From a virus (lineage: Duplodnaviria; Heunggongvirae; Uroviricota; Caudoviricetes): a DNA stretch of 64,000 nt. This document shows, piece after piece, positions 47,424 through 57,620 of the stretch; within the stretch, counting starts at the first letter, position 1, and each line of letters opens with the position of its first letter. The notes under the pieces are model-generated. The model had not been told where the DNA came from. It worked only from the letters and a program-made list of their open reading frames with translations, and made no database searches. A program made the translations under genes and the position numbers. The stretch lies in the IMG/VR virus record IMGVR_UViG_2648501802_000002. One strand, given 5' to 3'.

Positions 47424-47678
47424 TTATCGCCTTCGTGCCATATATTTGCGCACCGCGCGGCGTGGACAATCTGAAGCGGTTTCTTTCTGCTGCATCAATC
47501 TCGCAGCCATGCTCAAAAATGTCAGGCACAGCCGAAGCCCGGCATACAATAGCGGTTCCAGTGGCCACGTCTCATTGAGCACATATACCGCCATGAAAAT
47601 CGAGTCAAAAACTATCGCCGCCAGCGATAACTTCATTGTCGAAAGTCGGCGGAGCTGCCGGAGTTTATTCATTGACAA
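47424..47678 (-). CDS. small hydrophobic protein downstream of endolysin
   Basis: 84-aa ORF overlapping the lyz 3' end. Confidence 0.25.
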   Translation of the reverse strand: MSMNKLRQLRRLSTMKLSLAAIVFDSIFMAVYVLNETWPLEPLLYAGLRLCLTFLSMAARLMQQKETASDCPRRAVRKYMARRR

Positions 47679-48222
47679 GCCCCGTCAGGCAAAGCTGGCG
47701 TTCTTTTTCACGGCGAATCTTTAAACCTCGCAGGGGCACGCCGTTACTGTTCACGAAATCAGGGAGATGGTTACACATATTCACCCATTCCCCTTTCTGC
47801 GCCCACTTGTGGATGGACGTTTCTACTCGCATGCCTCGCGCTTTGCTGTAGTAGGTCCGTAAGCTATTGCATCCCATATTGAATGCCGCGCTTGTCATTG
47901 CACTGAAGGCATTATCGGGCATGTCTTTGCCCCGGAAGTGCTGATTAATACAGCGTTCAGCGATCAGGATATTCTTTTCCCAATCAGCGGCGATTTGCTG
48001 GTCGGTTTTTCGCACACCCGGCGTTACCCCGTGTGTATTACCGATCCCGTCAGTCCATACCCCCGCCGGGCACATGTATGGATCACGTCGGCAACCTTCA
48101 GCGTTACCAATCTGCTCAAGCCCCGCCTGGTTGGTTCGCACATTGCCATTACCCATCACGATGGTAATCATCACCGCGATAGCGCAAATTGCACCGCCTC
48201 CTGCGGCTGTTTTTCCCTTCAT
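47665..48222 (-). CDS. lyz: SAR endolysin (T4-lysozyme family)
   Basis: Product from internal start MKGKTAAGGGAICAIAVMITIV (signal-anchor-release segment); 185 aa. Confidence 0.75.
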   Translation of the reverse strand: MKGKTAAGGGAICAIAVMITIVMGNGNVRTNQAGLEQIGNAEGCRRDPYMCPAGVWTDGIGNTHGVTPGVRKTDQQIAADWEKNILIAERCINQHFRGKDMPDNAFSAMTSAAFNMGCNSLRTYYSKARGMRVETSIHKWAQKGEWVNMCNHLPDFVNSNGVPLRGLKIRREKERQLCLTGLVNE

Positions 48223-48355
48223 AAAGACCTCATAAGCGAATTTTTTACGCTCCAGGACAAACACCCATTCACAGCCAATACCGACTGACTCGATCCCTTT
48301 AGAAGGCACAGGATAATGCAAATCACTTGTTAGCTACGTTTCAAAGATATACATT

Positions 48356-48372
48356 ATTGCTCTAATTAATTT
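48356..48372 (+). promoter_or_regulatory. C1 operator (16/17) upstream of ssb
   Basis: ATTGCTCTAATTAATTT. Confidence 0.6.
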
Positions 48373-48391
48373 ATTTTATTAGGTAAGATAA

Positions 48392-48880
48392 GTGGCACAA
48401 CGCGGTGTAAACAAAGTCATCCTGATTGGTACCCTGGGGCAAGACCCGGAGATCAGGTATATACCAAATGGCGGAGCGGTCGGAAGACTCAGCATCGCAA
48501 CGAATGAATCATGGCGCGACAAGCAAACTGGCCAACAGAAAGAGCAAACAGAATGGCATAAAGTCGTTTTGTTCGGAAAACTTGCTGAAATTGCGAGTGA
48601 ATATTTACGAAAAGGTTCTCAGGTCTACATCGAAGGGAAACTTAAAACCCGTAAGTGGACAGATGACGCCGGTGTAGAACGTTACACGACGGAAATTATC
48701 GTCAGCCAGGGCGGCACCATGCAAATGATCGGCGCTCGCCGTGACGATTCACAGTCCTCAAATGGCTGGAGGCAATCAAACCAACCTCAAAACCACCAGC
48801 AATACAGCGGTGGCGGTAAACCTCAGAGCAACGCCAATAACGAACCTCCAATGGACTTTGACGACGATATTCCGTTTTGA
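48392..48880 (+). CDS. ssb: single-stranded DNA-binding protein
   Basis: 162-aa ORF with OB-fold N-terminus, Gly/Gln-rich linker and acidic tail DFDDDIPF. Confidence 0.85.
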   Translation: MAQRGVNKVILIGTLGQDPEIRYIPNGGAVGRLSIATNESWRDKQTGQQKEQTEWHKVVLFGKLAEIASEYLRKGSQVYIEGKLKTRKWTDDAGVERYTTEIIVSQGGTMQMIGARRDDSQSSNGWRQSNQPQNHQQYSGGGKPQSNANNEPPMDFDDDIPF

Positions 48881-49077
48881 ATGTGTAAAAAACGACTGAA
48901 AGAAAAGCGGTGGTCCAAACGCCAACAAAAGCACGAACTCGCTAAAAAACGCCAAAGTTGGCAATGGCACGCGCTTTTCACGAAAAGAACACCCCGAGAT
49001 ATTGCTTTCGCTGGTGGGAAAACATTCCTGACCCACCTGAAGGCGCAATACATCAGGTTTTAAGCAGAGGAAAGACT

Positions 49078-49755
49078 ATGAATAACATGACAACGAAAGA
49101 GCTTTTGACGGCACTTCCAAAATACAAAAGCCATAAAACAGTTCGTGCCTCAAAAATCAAAGATATCGAAATTATCGCCCTAATGGATGTGGTCCTTCTT
49201 TGCAACATCGAAGTCGTTGAGCCAGAAGGGGTAAAAGTCCATGTTGATAAAATGTTTTTGCAAAAACACCGACCAGAAATTGGCGGATATCTGGTCGCTT
49301 ACGAGGACGGATCTCTGTCCTATTCACCAGAAAAAACATTTGAAGAAGGCTTTAGTCGGACTAACGACTTCTTCGAAAATGGGGTATCGCTCAGCATTGA
49401 AGGTCACAACGGGGTGACATTCATTACAGCCAAGGACGTAACTATTTCTGCTGGCGGTATCGCTACTCTACAAGAAGAAATCGACCTTGAAGCAGCCGAC
49501 TTTTCTGACGCGCTGATGTGGCTGAAGGATGGCAAGAAAGTTGCTCGACGCGGGTGGAACGGCGAAAACCAATTCTGCTGGCTGGTTCCTGAAGGACAGT
49601 ACCCGGCACGAATGGAAGCCATTAAGGGATATTTCCCCGGCGACCTCGTTCCGTATGGTGCTTATTTCGCCTTAAAAAATGCACAAGGTGTAGTTGTTCC
49701 GTGGGTTCCTTCTGTAGGCGACTTACTGGCATGTGACTGGTTTGTAGTGGAGTGA
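49078..49755 (+). CDS. hypothetical protein (DUF2829-like C-terminus)
   Basis: ATG at 49078 has AGAGGA RBS (track ORF starts 48958); MWLKDGKKVARRGWNG motif. Confidence 0.35.
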   Translation: MNNMTTKELLTALPKYKSHKTVRASKIKDIEIIALMDVVLLCNIEVVEPEGVKVHVDKMFLQKHRPEIGGYLVAYEDGSLSYSPEKTFEEGFSRTNDFFENGVSLSIEGHNGVTFITAKDVTISAGGIATLQEEIDLEAADFSDALMWLKDGKKVARRGWNGENQFCWLVPEGQYPARMEAIKGYFPGDLVPYGAYFALKNAQGVVVPWVPSVGDLLACDWFVVE

Positions 49756-49761
49756 TTTAAC

Positions 49762-50550
49762 GTGGAAAATACTAAAGCAATTCAATACCGCCTGCGTAAT
49801 GGCCAGAGTGTCGAAGTGACCATCAATAATGATGGTGTACCTGGCGAAAAGGTTTCTATCTCTGATCTGGCTATCGAAAAAACCATCATGTGCCACCTTG
49901 GCTTTACTGAAGAAGTGAGCAAAAAGCATGGTGTAGCTATCTGGCGAACAATGGATACTGGCATGCGCAGATTCATTACCGCTCGTACCCCAGGTATGAC
50001 CATGATGGACCTCATGCAGATTGCGCCGCTGTTTGAGTGTGAACCTTTGGATGTATTCAGCAATCCAGCTATCTGCCAGCAGTTATATGGTGAGATGAAA
50101 CTCGCGGTTACCCCCATTGTGCTGCATGAAGGATCGCTTGCTGGCGTATGGAAAGTAGAGCGAATTTCAAGCTATATGCCCTTCCACATCCATGTCAACG
50201 GCGTAATCGCAGGTGAAAATCAACCTGTTTCAGTTACAAAGTCAGACCTCAAGCGCGCAATTCTTGAAGCAAGTTGTCGAGTTATCGGCCTGGGCAAACA
50301 GTCTTATGTTTTCTTCCCGGCTGGCCCTGAAGGCCCGGCAGAAATTCTGATTATGGATGCCGATCTGCTCTGGCAAATACAGTTTCTGATTGGCAAAAGC
50401 ATCATCCGCGCTGAAGAACTCGATCAGTACATTACCTGCACGATGACGGATGAAGTCAAAAGTGTGGCTATAGCCAATGCCCGGAACCTATGTCGTGCTG
50501 CATTAACAGAACTGCAAGAAAACACCACGGAAGAAGTGGAAAGCGATTAA
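49762..50550 (+). CDS. hypothetical protein
   Basis: 262-aa ORF. Confidence 0.3.
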   Translation: MENTKAIQYRLRNGQSVEVTINNDGVPGEKVSISDLAIEKTIMCHLGFTEEVSKKHGVAIWRTMDTGMRRFITARTPGMTMMDLMQIAPLFECEPLDVFSNPAICQQLYGEMKLAVTPIVLHEGSLAGVWKVERISSYMPFHIHVNGVIAGENQPVSVTKSDLKRAILEASCRVIGLGKQSYVFFPAGPEGPAEILIMDADLLWQIQFLIGKSIIRAEELDQYITCTMTDEVKSVAIANARNLCRAALTELQENTTEEVESD

Positions 50551-50552
50551 AA

Positions 50553-50580
50553 AAATCCCGCCGATTGGCGGGATTTCTTC
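50553..50580. terminator. bidirectional intrinsic terminator
   Basis: Stem ATCCCGCC/GGCGGGAT with A7 upstream and T-rich downstream; between convergent genes. Confidence 0.6.
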
Positions 50581-50887
50581 AATATACGATCTGGTCTACA
50601 TGATCACCAAAATCATCGTCGTCGTCCTCATCGCCACCATCTACTGCTGGCCAATCAACAAACCAGCCAGCGTAAAGATGCAGCGTTCGGAGAACATCAC
50701 TTGCGGGAGCATCAAGGGTGTTAACGAATCCCATATAGCTATTGGGATTTGCTCCAGCTATGGCTTCAGCGATCATGTCCTCGGTAATGTCACCGGAGAT
50801 AATGCTTAAACGCCCGGAAACTTCTTCATTATCATCAAATTCGATAATGGCATCTCCGCCTAATGGCGCTGCGATTTTAATCTGCAT
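50579..50887 (-). CDS. hypothetical acidic protein
   Basis: 102-aa ORF, last gene of the dar operon direction. Confidence 0.3.
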   Translation of the reverse strand: MQIKIAAPLGGDAIIEFDDNEEVSGRLSIISGDITEDMIAEAIAGANPNSYMGFVNTLDAPASDVLRTLHLYAGWFVDWPAVDGGDEDDDDDFGDHVDQIVY

Positions 50888-53864
50888 TATTTAGCTCCTT
50901 TGCCACACCTAATAACAGTTCCAGCAATCCGTCACCATTCATCAGTGATGCGGCAGCGGCCTCTTTGTCATGATACAACTGAAGAGCCATAGAGAACACT
51001 TCCGTTGCTGACGTTTTGGAAATTGTCGGAGATTTGTGTCGAAATTTACCAGAATTACTCACTGAGACAGGCGGGTATACCTTCGCCATATAAATATCAC
51101 TCAATCGAGATCTGAAGCACCATTCAGGCTTGCCACGCCCACCGATATTAACGAAAGATGGCTTATCCCCTTCAACATTGGCCTTCAGGAATGACCTGGC
51201 TTTCTCTAACAAACCCGGGTTACTGTACTCAAGATGATGACCCAGCTCGTGCCACAGTGCATTTGCATTTTCATCGTGCAAATCGACAGCAACAACACCA
51301 TTAAGATTTGCATACGCCCTACCCTTGTGGTGAATTACCCTTGATAAGGTTGATATTTTCCCGCCGGTCAGGCGATAAATATCAGCAAGTTCCTTGCGCA
51401 GGTCTATTCCACCATTCTGTCCAGCGCGGGCTTCTTCCACTTCTTCCGTGATAAAAGAGTCGGCCCACTCAAGAGCTTTTTCTTCTGATACGGATGAGTT
51501 GGTGATCGCACTGTTCATGGCAGATAACACTTTCTCGTAGACCGAATCCATACTTCGCTGATTCATTTGCCAGCGTTTCTGCGGGATATATGAAAATCGA
51601 TTGAGTAGCTGGTCAAGCTGCTCAAGTTCTTCTTCACTGACATGCTTTTTAGCCTCACCAATAATGCTGGGGAGAATAATGCCGTTAGGATTAAACGCTC
51701 GCGAAAGGAAGAGTTTCAGCGCCCCCATGCCCTCCGATGCTTCAATATCACCAATAACACGGTTAACAATGGCCGCATTCTTCGGATTAACGTCCTCCAA
51801 CGCCCTAGCTACGATTTGCAGGGACGATACGACCTCACGCTGCATATCCGTCCTGATCTCATCAATTAACTCTGGCGTTATGCCGTGCTCTTTAAGGATA
51901 TCCCGGCCTTCCGCCGTTACCCCATCGATATCACCGACATGTTTATTAACACGACTTTGCAATGCCTTAAATGCCTTCAGAATTCCACGGGCATCATCCG
52001 CTTTACTAACGGCCTTCCTGAATGCTGGCAAGAAGTCTGAGTTAACCTCATTTTGTTGATCGGCCCACTGAATGGAGGCTTCCTTCATCTCGTCCAGAGT
52101 CAGATCACCCAACGCGGTATGGTCTGTGAATATGAGCGATAACCTCTGAACCATTTCTGCCAATGGTGATACTGATTGCGCCGCGCTAAGGAATGCTTTC
52201 ACCCTGGTTGGGCGAATGGAAAACCAGTCAATAGCTGGTGGCATATCTCCGTTTTGTATCGCCTGCGCTATCTCATCAAAGCCGTCGCGCCCAAGGGAGG
52301 ATGCGTGATTTAACAATCCGCGAAGTAACGAATTGCTGATACCGAATAATCGGCACCATTTATTCACGTCGGCAACAGGCATTCGAACAAAATGCGCAAG
52401 CACTTGTACAAGCTGTTCATCCTGGGGATCTCTACGGGAAAGCAGCCTTATCAGATGAATAATGTCTTTGATGCCGGATGACCGATGTAATAGCAAGCTG
52501 GTATATGGAGCAACACCGTTGTAACTACCGCCGGAAACGGACTCGAAAAGACCGCCTGATATCCCTTGCATGCCTTCGTTTTCCAGTTCCTGAGACACCT
52601 GGCGAAGGATATCCTGTAACGACACATCACCACCGCCAAACATATCCCCCAGCGCCTGGCCCTGGTGCTGTAACTCATCATTGATACGTTGAGCCATCAA
52701 TTTAAAGGCGGTGGCCATACGCTTCGCGCTACGGTTATTCGCGACGATGAACAACGCGAGAGCTTTCACTTCCGGGGCTGTTTCGCTGAACATATCCCCC
52801 TGAGCAATGACATCGGTAATATGCTGGCCTGACTCCTTCGATTGCCTTACCAGGTCTACCGCATCTTTCAATGCCGCCAGCGCCTTTTTATCGAGGCTAT
52901 CCGCTGTCTCAATGCCATCAACAATAGTTGTCACAGCCTGCTTGTGCGCTTCTCCTGATAAAGCCTGCATCTGGACAAAATCATTGGCTGCCGCATTAAG
53001 CGCCGTCAGAACATTACGCATATCCGGATCAGGTTCTTCTGCAACCATCCTTACCAGGCGCGCATCCTTATATGCCTTGGCAAAGATCGCGTTTTGTATA
53101 CGGTCTACAAGTTGCCGCGTTGGTCGCCCATCTTCCGTTACAAGGCCAGCAGCCTGTGTGGCACCAACTTGCGTCATGAATCCGCGAATAAACGCGTCAT
53201 TACTGCGGCTAAGCAGATCTCCACTTTCTGACGGGTTAAACAACGCCATCATCGCCGGTGTTATGCTGTCGGCATCAACAAAAGCCTTTTCACTGGCTGC
53301 CATTTCCTGGAGATCAGAAATATTTGAGTCCTTGGCAAACTGAACACGGTCAGCCTTCGTTAACCGGCGGCGCACCAGTACCGGAGCCGTCATTGATTCA
53401 ACCTTTTCAGGCCGTATGCCGAATTCGGTCGCATGTTCAATCAGGTACTCCCGATACCGATCCGCATTACCGTCCTGATAGGCTTTAATGATCCCCATGG
53501 TCCGCCCATTACCTGACTCAACGGCATTGTCCTCACCAATTATTGGCGCGCCATGGCTGGATAAACCGGAATCGGTAAGCTGGGCAGGACGCAAATCCTT
53601 GGATATCTGGTTGACCTGAAGAAGGCTGGATGCGCGGGTCCGGTCGCGCGGCTGAAGTTCCTGGGGATAGTCTGGATTAATTTTCCCATCCAGAGTATTG
53701 GATACCAAAAGAACTGAGGCATCGACGATATCAAACGCTGTTTTTACCTCGTCTCCCTTCGCTGTCACCACATACGAAACCCGCCCGTAATCGGGCAGGT
53801 TTTTTAGCAGCTCGATCAGCGTTTCTATGCTGGTGGCCATCACCACCTGATCGCTTAAGCTCAT
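50877..53864 (-). CDS. DdrB-like capsid internal protein
   Basis: 995-aa ORF downstream of the ddrA/darA positions in a lydA-lydB-hdf-darA-ddrA-ddrB order. Confidence 0.5.
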   Translation of the reverse strand: MSLSDQVVMATSIETLIELLKNLPDYGRVSYVVTAKGDEVKTAFDIVDASVLLVSNTLDGKINPDYPQELQPRDRTRASSLLQVNQISKDLRPAQLTDSGLSSHGAPIIGEDNAVESGNGRTMGIIKAYQDGNADRYREYLIEHATEFGIRPEKVESMTAPVLVRRRLTKADRVQFAKDSNISDLQEMAASEKAFVDADSITPAMMALFNPSESGDLLSRSNDAFIRGFMTQVGATQAAGLVTEDGRPTRQLVDRIQNAIFAKAYKDARLVRMVAEEPDPDMRNVLTALNAAANDFVQMQALSGEAHKQAVTTIVDGIETADSLDKKALAALKDAVDLVRQSKESGQHITDVIAQGDMFSETAPEVKALALFIVANNRSAKRMATAFKLMAQRINDELQHQGQALGDMFGGGDVSLQDILRQVSQELENEGMQGISGGLFESVSGGSYNGVAPYTSLLLHRSSGIKDIIHLIRLLSRRDPQDEQLVQVLAHFVRMPVADVNKWCRLFGISNSLLRGLLNHASSLGRDGFDEIAQAIQNGDMPPAIDWFSIRPTRVKAFLSAAQSVSPLAEMVQRLSLIFTDHTALGDLTLDEMKEASIQWADQQNEVNSDFLPAFRKAVSKADDARGILKAFKALQSRVNKHVGDIDGVTAEGRDILKEHGITPELIDEIRTDMQREVVSSLQIVARALEDVNPKNAAIVNRVIGDIEASEGMGALKLFLSRAFNPNGIILPSIIGEAKKHVSEEELEQLDQLLNRFSYIPQKRWQMNQRSMDSVYEKVLSAMNSAITNSSVSEEKALEWADSFITEEVEEARAGQNGGIDLRKELADIYRLTGGKISTLSRVIHHKGRAYANLNGVVAVDLHDENANALWHELGHHLEYSNPGLLEKARSFLKANVEGDKPSFVNIGGRGKPEWCFRSRLSDIYMAKVYPPVSVSNSGKFRHKSPTISKTSATEVFSMALQLYHDKEAAAASLMNGDGLLELLLGVAKELNNAD

Positions 53865-53876
53865 CCCTGTTACGCC

Positions 53877-54242
53877 TTATGCTGCCTCTTTAATGTTGGC
53901 GGCTATCCATGCCGCCGTGTGCTGTTTAACCTGGTCCAGATCGATGTATGTGCCAACATATTGACTCAAGTCCTGCAACGTACCGATAAATGCATCGGTG
54001 CTCTGATCGACGAATTTATCAGCCAGGAAATCAGCAACCAGTTTTGGCACACCATCATGTACCGAAGGTTGTTTTTCCTCGCCACTACCGCCGCCGGACG
54101 CGCCGTACCCCATCTGTTGCATGATCTGGTCAATTTCATCGCTGATATCCAGCAACTCCATGCCACTCGCGGTAGCCGCTTTGGACATCAGAGCATCCAA
54201 CTTATCGCTGAGATCCATTAACTCAATAGCTGATAGTGTCAT
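53877..54242 (-). CDS. DdrA-like protein
   Basis: 121-aa ORF between the DarA and DdrB positions. Confidence 0.45.
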   Translation of the reverse strand: MTLSAIELMDLSDKLDALMSKAATASGMELLDISDEIDQIMQQMGYGASGGGSGEEKQPSVHDGVPKLVADFLADKFVDQSTDAFIGTLQDLSQYVGTYIDLDQVKQHTAAWIAANIKEAA

Positions 54243-56158
54243 GCCGCTACCCCCGCTTTCTGGATTGCTACCAGCAGATCAGCCAGGTGGCGAGCTGCGC
54301 CGTTAACCAGCTCTTCGTTTTCCTCAAAACGTCCGGCAGCCTGAAGGGCTGCAATCGCTTCCCGGACATTGCCCCGGGCGTTACGGATCTCCGCCATGTC
54401 AGTGCTTTGTATATCCATCACGTTATTGAGATATTCAATGGCTTTATTAGCCTCTGCATCTGCTTCGCTAACCGTTTCATCAGGCTGTGCCGGGGCCGGT
54501 TCTGGCTGAGTAATCTCACCGACTTCGGCCTGCAATGCATTGATCATGCTCTGCACCATTTTCTCGGTGCCAGCGCCCCCAGGAAACGCAATATTGGGGA
54601 AAGTTTTTTGAAACTGAGTTTTCAGCATTACGCGGAACTCGTCTGGTGAGCTGGTGGCCAGCTCCAGAGCTTTTTGTGCATATTTGCCAAACGGACCATT
54701 AGTAAGTGTCTTCGCCAGGAAGTCGAAAGAATCCTCGCGAGGCAATAACTTCAGGTCGTACTCACTCATTTGCTGATCAGAAAGCGGGGTATCGTAAGTA
54801 GCAATGCCGTAGCGTGCATATTCATAATACGGGTCACCTTCATCAGGGCGCGGCAGAATTGCTTTGTTACCTTCAGGTATTGCGCCAGGGGCCGCCGGAC
54901 GCATTTGCAGGGCATATCGATATGCACCTACAGAGACTTCTGGTTCAGGCGAAGAGCTACCGGTATCCTCCGCTGGTTCAGGCTCGACGTTTTCCGGTTT
55001 ATGTTCTTCTGGTTGGACCAGGTATTCCGATACATTACCCGCTTTATAGGCTTTAAACAGCTTGCCGATCGCATCTGCCATGTCCACACCCTGTATGGAT
55101 TTAGCCTTGATCATGTATACGCTGCCATCCGGATCGGTTAACTGGATATACCCTTCGCCGCCCCCAATGAATTGCTTCATTGATGCACCATTACTGAGCG
55201 TCACTTCCCCGTCCATATGCATACGATTTTTGATACTGGCAAGGCGATCCGTCAGCGCGCGAGAGTGCCCACCAGTCATCCCCGCTGGAGCAATGGTATC
55301 GCGCCCACCAGTGCGATTGAGCTGATCAATCTCCGTCTGCAAACGCTCATTCTCTTCATAAAGAGAATCCGCTTCCGATGCAACAGCGTTAATTTTCTGC
55401 TCCAGATCTGCCTTCTGCCCTTCTACCGCTGCCACCTGATCCGCGAGGTCGCTCATGGCATCCTCTTTCTGGTCACTGTCAGCCTGTAGTTGGGTTATTT
55501 CATCAACAAGGGCTTTTTTCTTCTTCTGCGCACGCTGGAATTTTGCCGAGTTTTTCTCTGCAAGGTTGGCAAGTTTCATGGTGACCTGCGCCAGCGTCAT
55601 ATCACGTCCACTCATCGGAGCAACGGTGTGAGTAACGTCTTTTTTATTCAGTAAGAACTGGAAAGCAACCAGCGTATCGCTATTGGTGATCCGGTTTTCC
55701 GCTGTCGGGCTATGAAACAGAATGCTGATAGTCTGACCATCACTGAGCGGAATAATGGCTGGCAGGACTGGCAGCCCGTTAACGTTACGTGCCCGGCCAA
55801 TTTCAGCGCCGCCGATCGCGCGCGCGCCGCTCTGGGCCACATCCCCCGTTTTATCACTCCCCGCAGAGATTCCGGTACCATTCAGCTTCTGGTTCAATGC
55901 CCGGACAAATGCCTGCATGGTCCGGTGTAACTGCAAACGAGTAGAACTAATCGCCTCCAATAAATCCGTAGCACACCAGTGGATCGGCGTGTCATAGAAG
56001 AACGTTGCCTCGATTTCCTCCAGGGTGTTGGATTCCGTCATCAGATAGCGGTCCTGACCAGCCATTAATGCGCGATATTCATCATCAGTCACCGGCGGGG
56101 GAAGCACGTCAAGCCCCGGCTTAATCGTCACCCCTTTATTGATATTGAACTGTTCCAT
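54239..56158 (-). CDS. DarA-like antirestriction capsid protein
   Basis: 639-aa ORF in the conserved operon position. Confidence 0.5.
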   Translation of the reverse strand: MEQFNINKGVTIKPGLDVLPPPVTDDEYRALMAGQDRYLMTESNTLEEIEATFFYDTPIHWCATDLLEAISSTRLQLHRTMQAFVRALNQKLNGTGISAGSDKTGDVAQSGARAIGGAEIGRARNVNGLPVLPAIIPLSDGQTISILFHSPTAENRITNSDTLVAFQFLLNKKDVTHTVAPMSGRDMTLAQVTMKLANLAEKNSAKFQRAQKKKKALVDEITQLQADSDQKEDAMSDLADQVAAVEGQKADLEQKINAVASEADSLYEENERLQTEIDQLNRTGGRDTIAPAGMTGGHSRALTDRLASIKNRMHMDGEVTLSNGASMKQFIGGGEGYIQLTDPDGSVYMIKAKSIQGVDMADAIGKLFKAYKAGNVSEYLVQPEEHKPENVEPEPAEDTGSSSPEPEVSVGAYRYALQMRPAAPGAIPEGNKAILPRPDEGDPYYEYARYGIATYDTPLSDQQMSEYDLKLLPREDSFDFLAKTLTNGPFGKYAQKALELATSSPDEFRVMLKTQFQKTFPNIAFPGGAGTEKMVQSMINALQAEVGEITQPEPAPAQPDETVSEADAEANKAIEYLNNVMDIQSTDMAEIRNARGNVREAIAALQAAGRFEENEELVNGAARHLADLLVAIQKAGVAA

Positions 56159-56159
56159 G

Positions 56160-56771
56160 TTAATTTCCTGCTTTCAGTTGCTTAAGACGGCGTTTGAGTT
56201 CGCCATTCCGTGCCTTTTCGTTATTGAGTCGGCCCGTCTCCTTATCCAACTTCGCCCGCAAATCTGTGATCTGCTGTTGATTGAAAGACACCGAATTCTG
56301 CGCGGACTTATAAGCGGCAACCACCTGAGCATTCCGCTGTTTTGCTTCTTGCAGGCGCTGAAAGTTGGATTTAACTGCCGGTTTCTTGTCTACCGGATTG
56401 GCAACACGCTTCGCTTTGGCGATCAGTGATTTCTGGAATTTCGCAGAGTTTTTGCGGGCCGCTTGCCCCATGACGGTACCAAGCGTCTTGATATCTGGCG
56501 ACTGTGCGTTAGGAATAGATTTTCCATTCAGTTTCACAGCCGATATATCACCAGTATCGTTTACCTGTATGGCAAGAATTTGTCCGTCGTTAAGAACCAG
56601 TTTTGCGGTTTTAACTTTAACGCCATCTTTCGTTGTTGCGCGGTTGCTGGAGTCAACCTCAATTACCGTAACACCGGTTTTATTGATCGCCGCGATAAGG
56701 GATTTCAGCCCCTTTTCATTAACCTGGTCAAAATCGACCGTTGCATACTTATTTTTCGTCATCTGACACAT
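56160..56771 (-). CDS. Hdf-like protein
   Basis: 203-aa ORF immediately upstream of the DarA-like gene. Confidence 0.45.
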   Translation of the reverse strand: MCQMTKNKYATVDFDQVNEKGLKSLIAAINKTGVTVIEVDSSNRATTKDGVKVKTAKLVLNDGQILAIQVNDTGDISAVKLNGKSIPNAQSPDIKTLGTVMGQAARKNSAKFQKSLIAKAKRVANPVDKKPAVKSNFQRLQEAKQRNAQVVAAYKSAQNSVSFNQQQITDLRAKLDKETGRLNNEKARNGELKRRLKQLKAGN

Positions 56772-57192
56772 CCTGTGCGAGATTTATTACGTAACTTCTG
56801 CGGATTTGCTGAGTAACAGGGAAAATCCGATACAACGGGTTAATGAACGAGTCGCCATGCGTAACCATGACGTTGAAATGCCACAGTCGCTCTCCTTTAC
56901 CCATATATTCAGTGGGTATGTACAACCATTCACTGTTTTCGCCCTGTTCAGCCGACGTCAGACAACGTTGTTCGCCTTCAATCACTGTCGTCGGCTTCTG
57001 AACATCGCGGATCCAATATCTGACCGTTGCGCCGCGCAAAAACGGGAATTTAGACCGGTATTTGAACGGCACCCGAATGAAACCCGGTTTAATTTCCACA
57101 TCACCAAGTTCTAAATGCGTGATGTCCTTGCGTTTTAGCAAATAGCGATCGGCTAAGGCTAACGCAAGAACGCATACACCCCAGCCAATCAT
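56749..57192 (-). CDS. LydB-like antiholin
   Basis: 147-aa ORF downstream of the holin gene with overlap. Confidence 0.45.
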   Translation of the reverse strand: MIGWGVCVLALALADRYLLKRKDITHLELGDVEIKPGFIRVPFKYRSKFPFLRGATVRYWIRDVQKPTTVIEGEQRCLTSAEQGENSEWLYIPTEYMGKGERLWHFNVMVTHGDSFINPLYRIFPVTQQIRRSYVINLAQDVSDDEK

Positions 57193-57518
57193 TTCCCACC
57201 TCCCTTTTTCACCAAACTTGTAAGAACATTCAGAATGCTATCGATATTCACTCGTTTCATCCCTGAAATCACCTCATGACCGTTATTGCTGGCTATCGTT
57301 ACCATTAAGTACGTAATTGATAACTCCCAGCCTTCGTGTTGCCCCAATAGGTACGCCACCGCGCCAGCTGTCACTGCAACAAAGATCTCCGTAACCAATC
57401 CCAACAAGTTGCCAGACTGGCGACCATCTCGGACATCCATCAGGAACGTGCCTATCCCACCAATTACTGAAAGCAGGAGCGCAATAGCAACTGGAGCTAA
57501 TTCCTGTGTGTCAAGCAC
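57189..57518 (-). CDS. holin (LydA-like)
   Basis: 109-aa ORF with hydrophobic segments; first gene of the leftward lysis/dar operon. Confidence 0.55.
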   Translation of the reverse strand: MLDTQELAPVAIALLLSVIGGIGTFLMDVRDGRQSGNLLGLVTEIFVAVTAGAVAYLLGQHEGWELSITYLMVTIASNNGHEVISGMKRVNIDSILNVLTSLVKKGGGK

Positions 57519-57586
57519 AAGTTCCCTCCTACGTTGTCAGGAGGTAATGGTATGCAAAGTAACTTCTCAACCGGTCATGTTACTTG

Positions 57587-57620
57587 ACATCCTCCACGTC
57601 CTTTAGAGCGTGGAGGATGT
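57587..57620. other. perfect 12-bp stem-loop immediately 5' of the intron-like sequence
   Basis: ACATCCTCCACG (57587-57598), 10-nt loop, CGTGGAGGATGT (57609-57620). Confidence 0.8.
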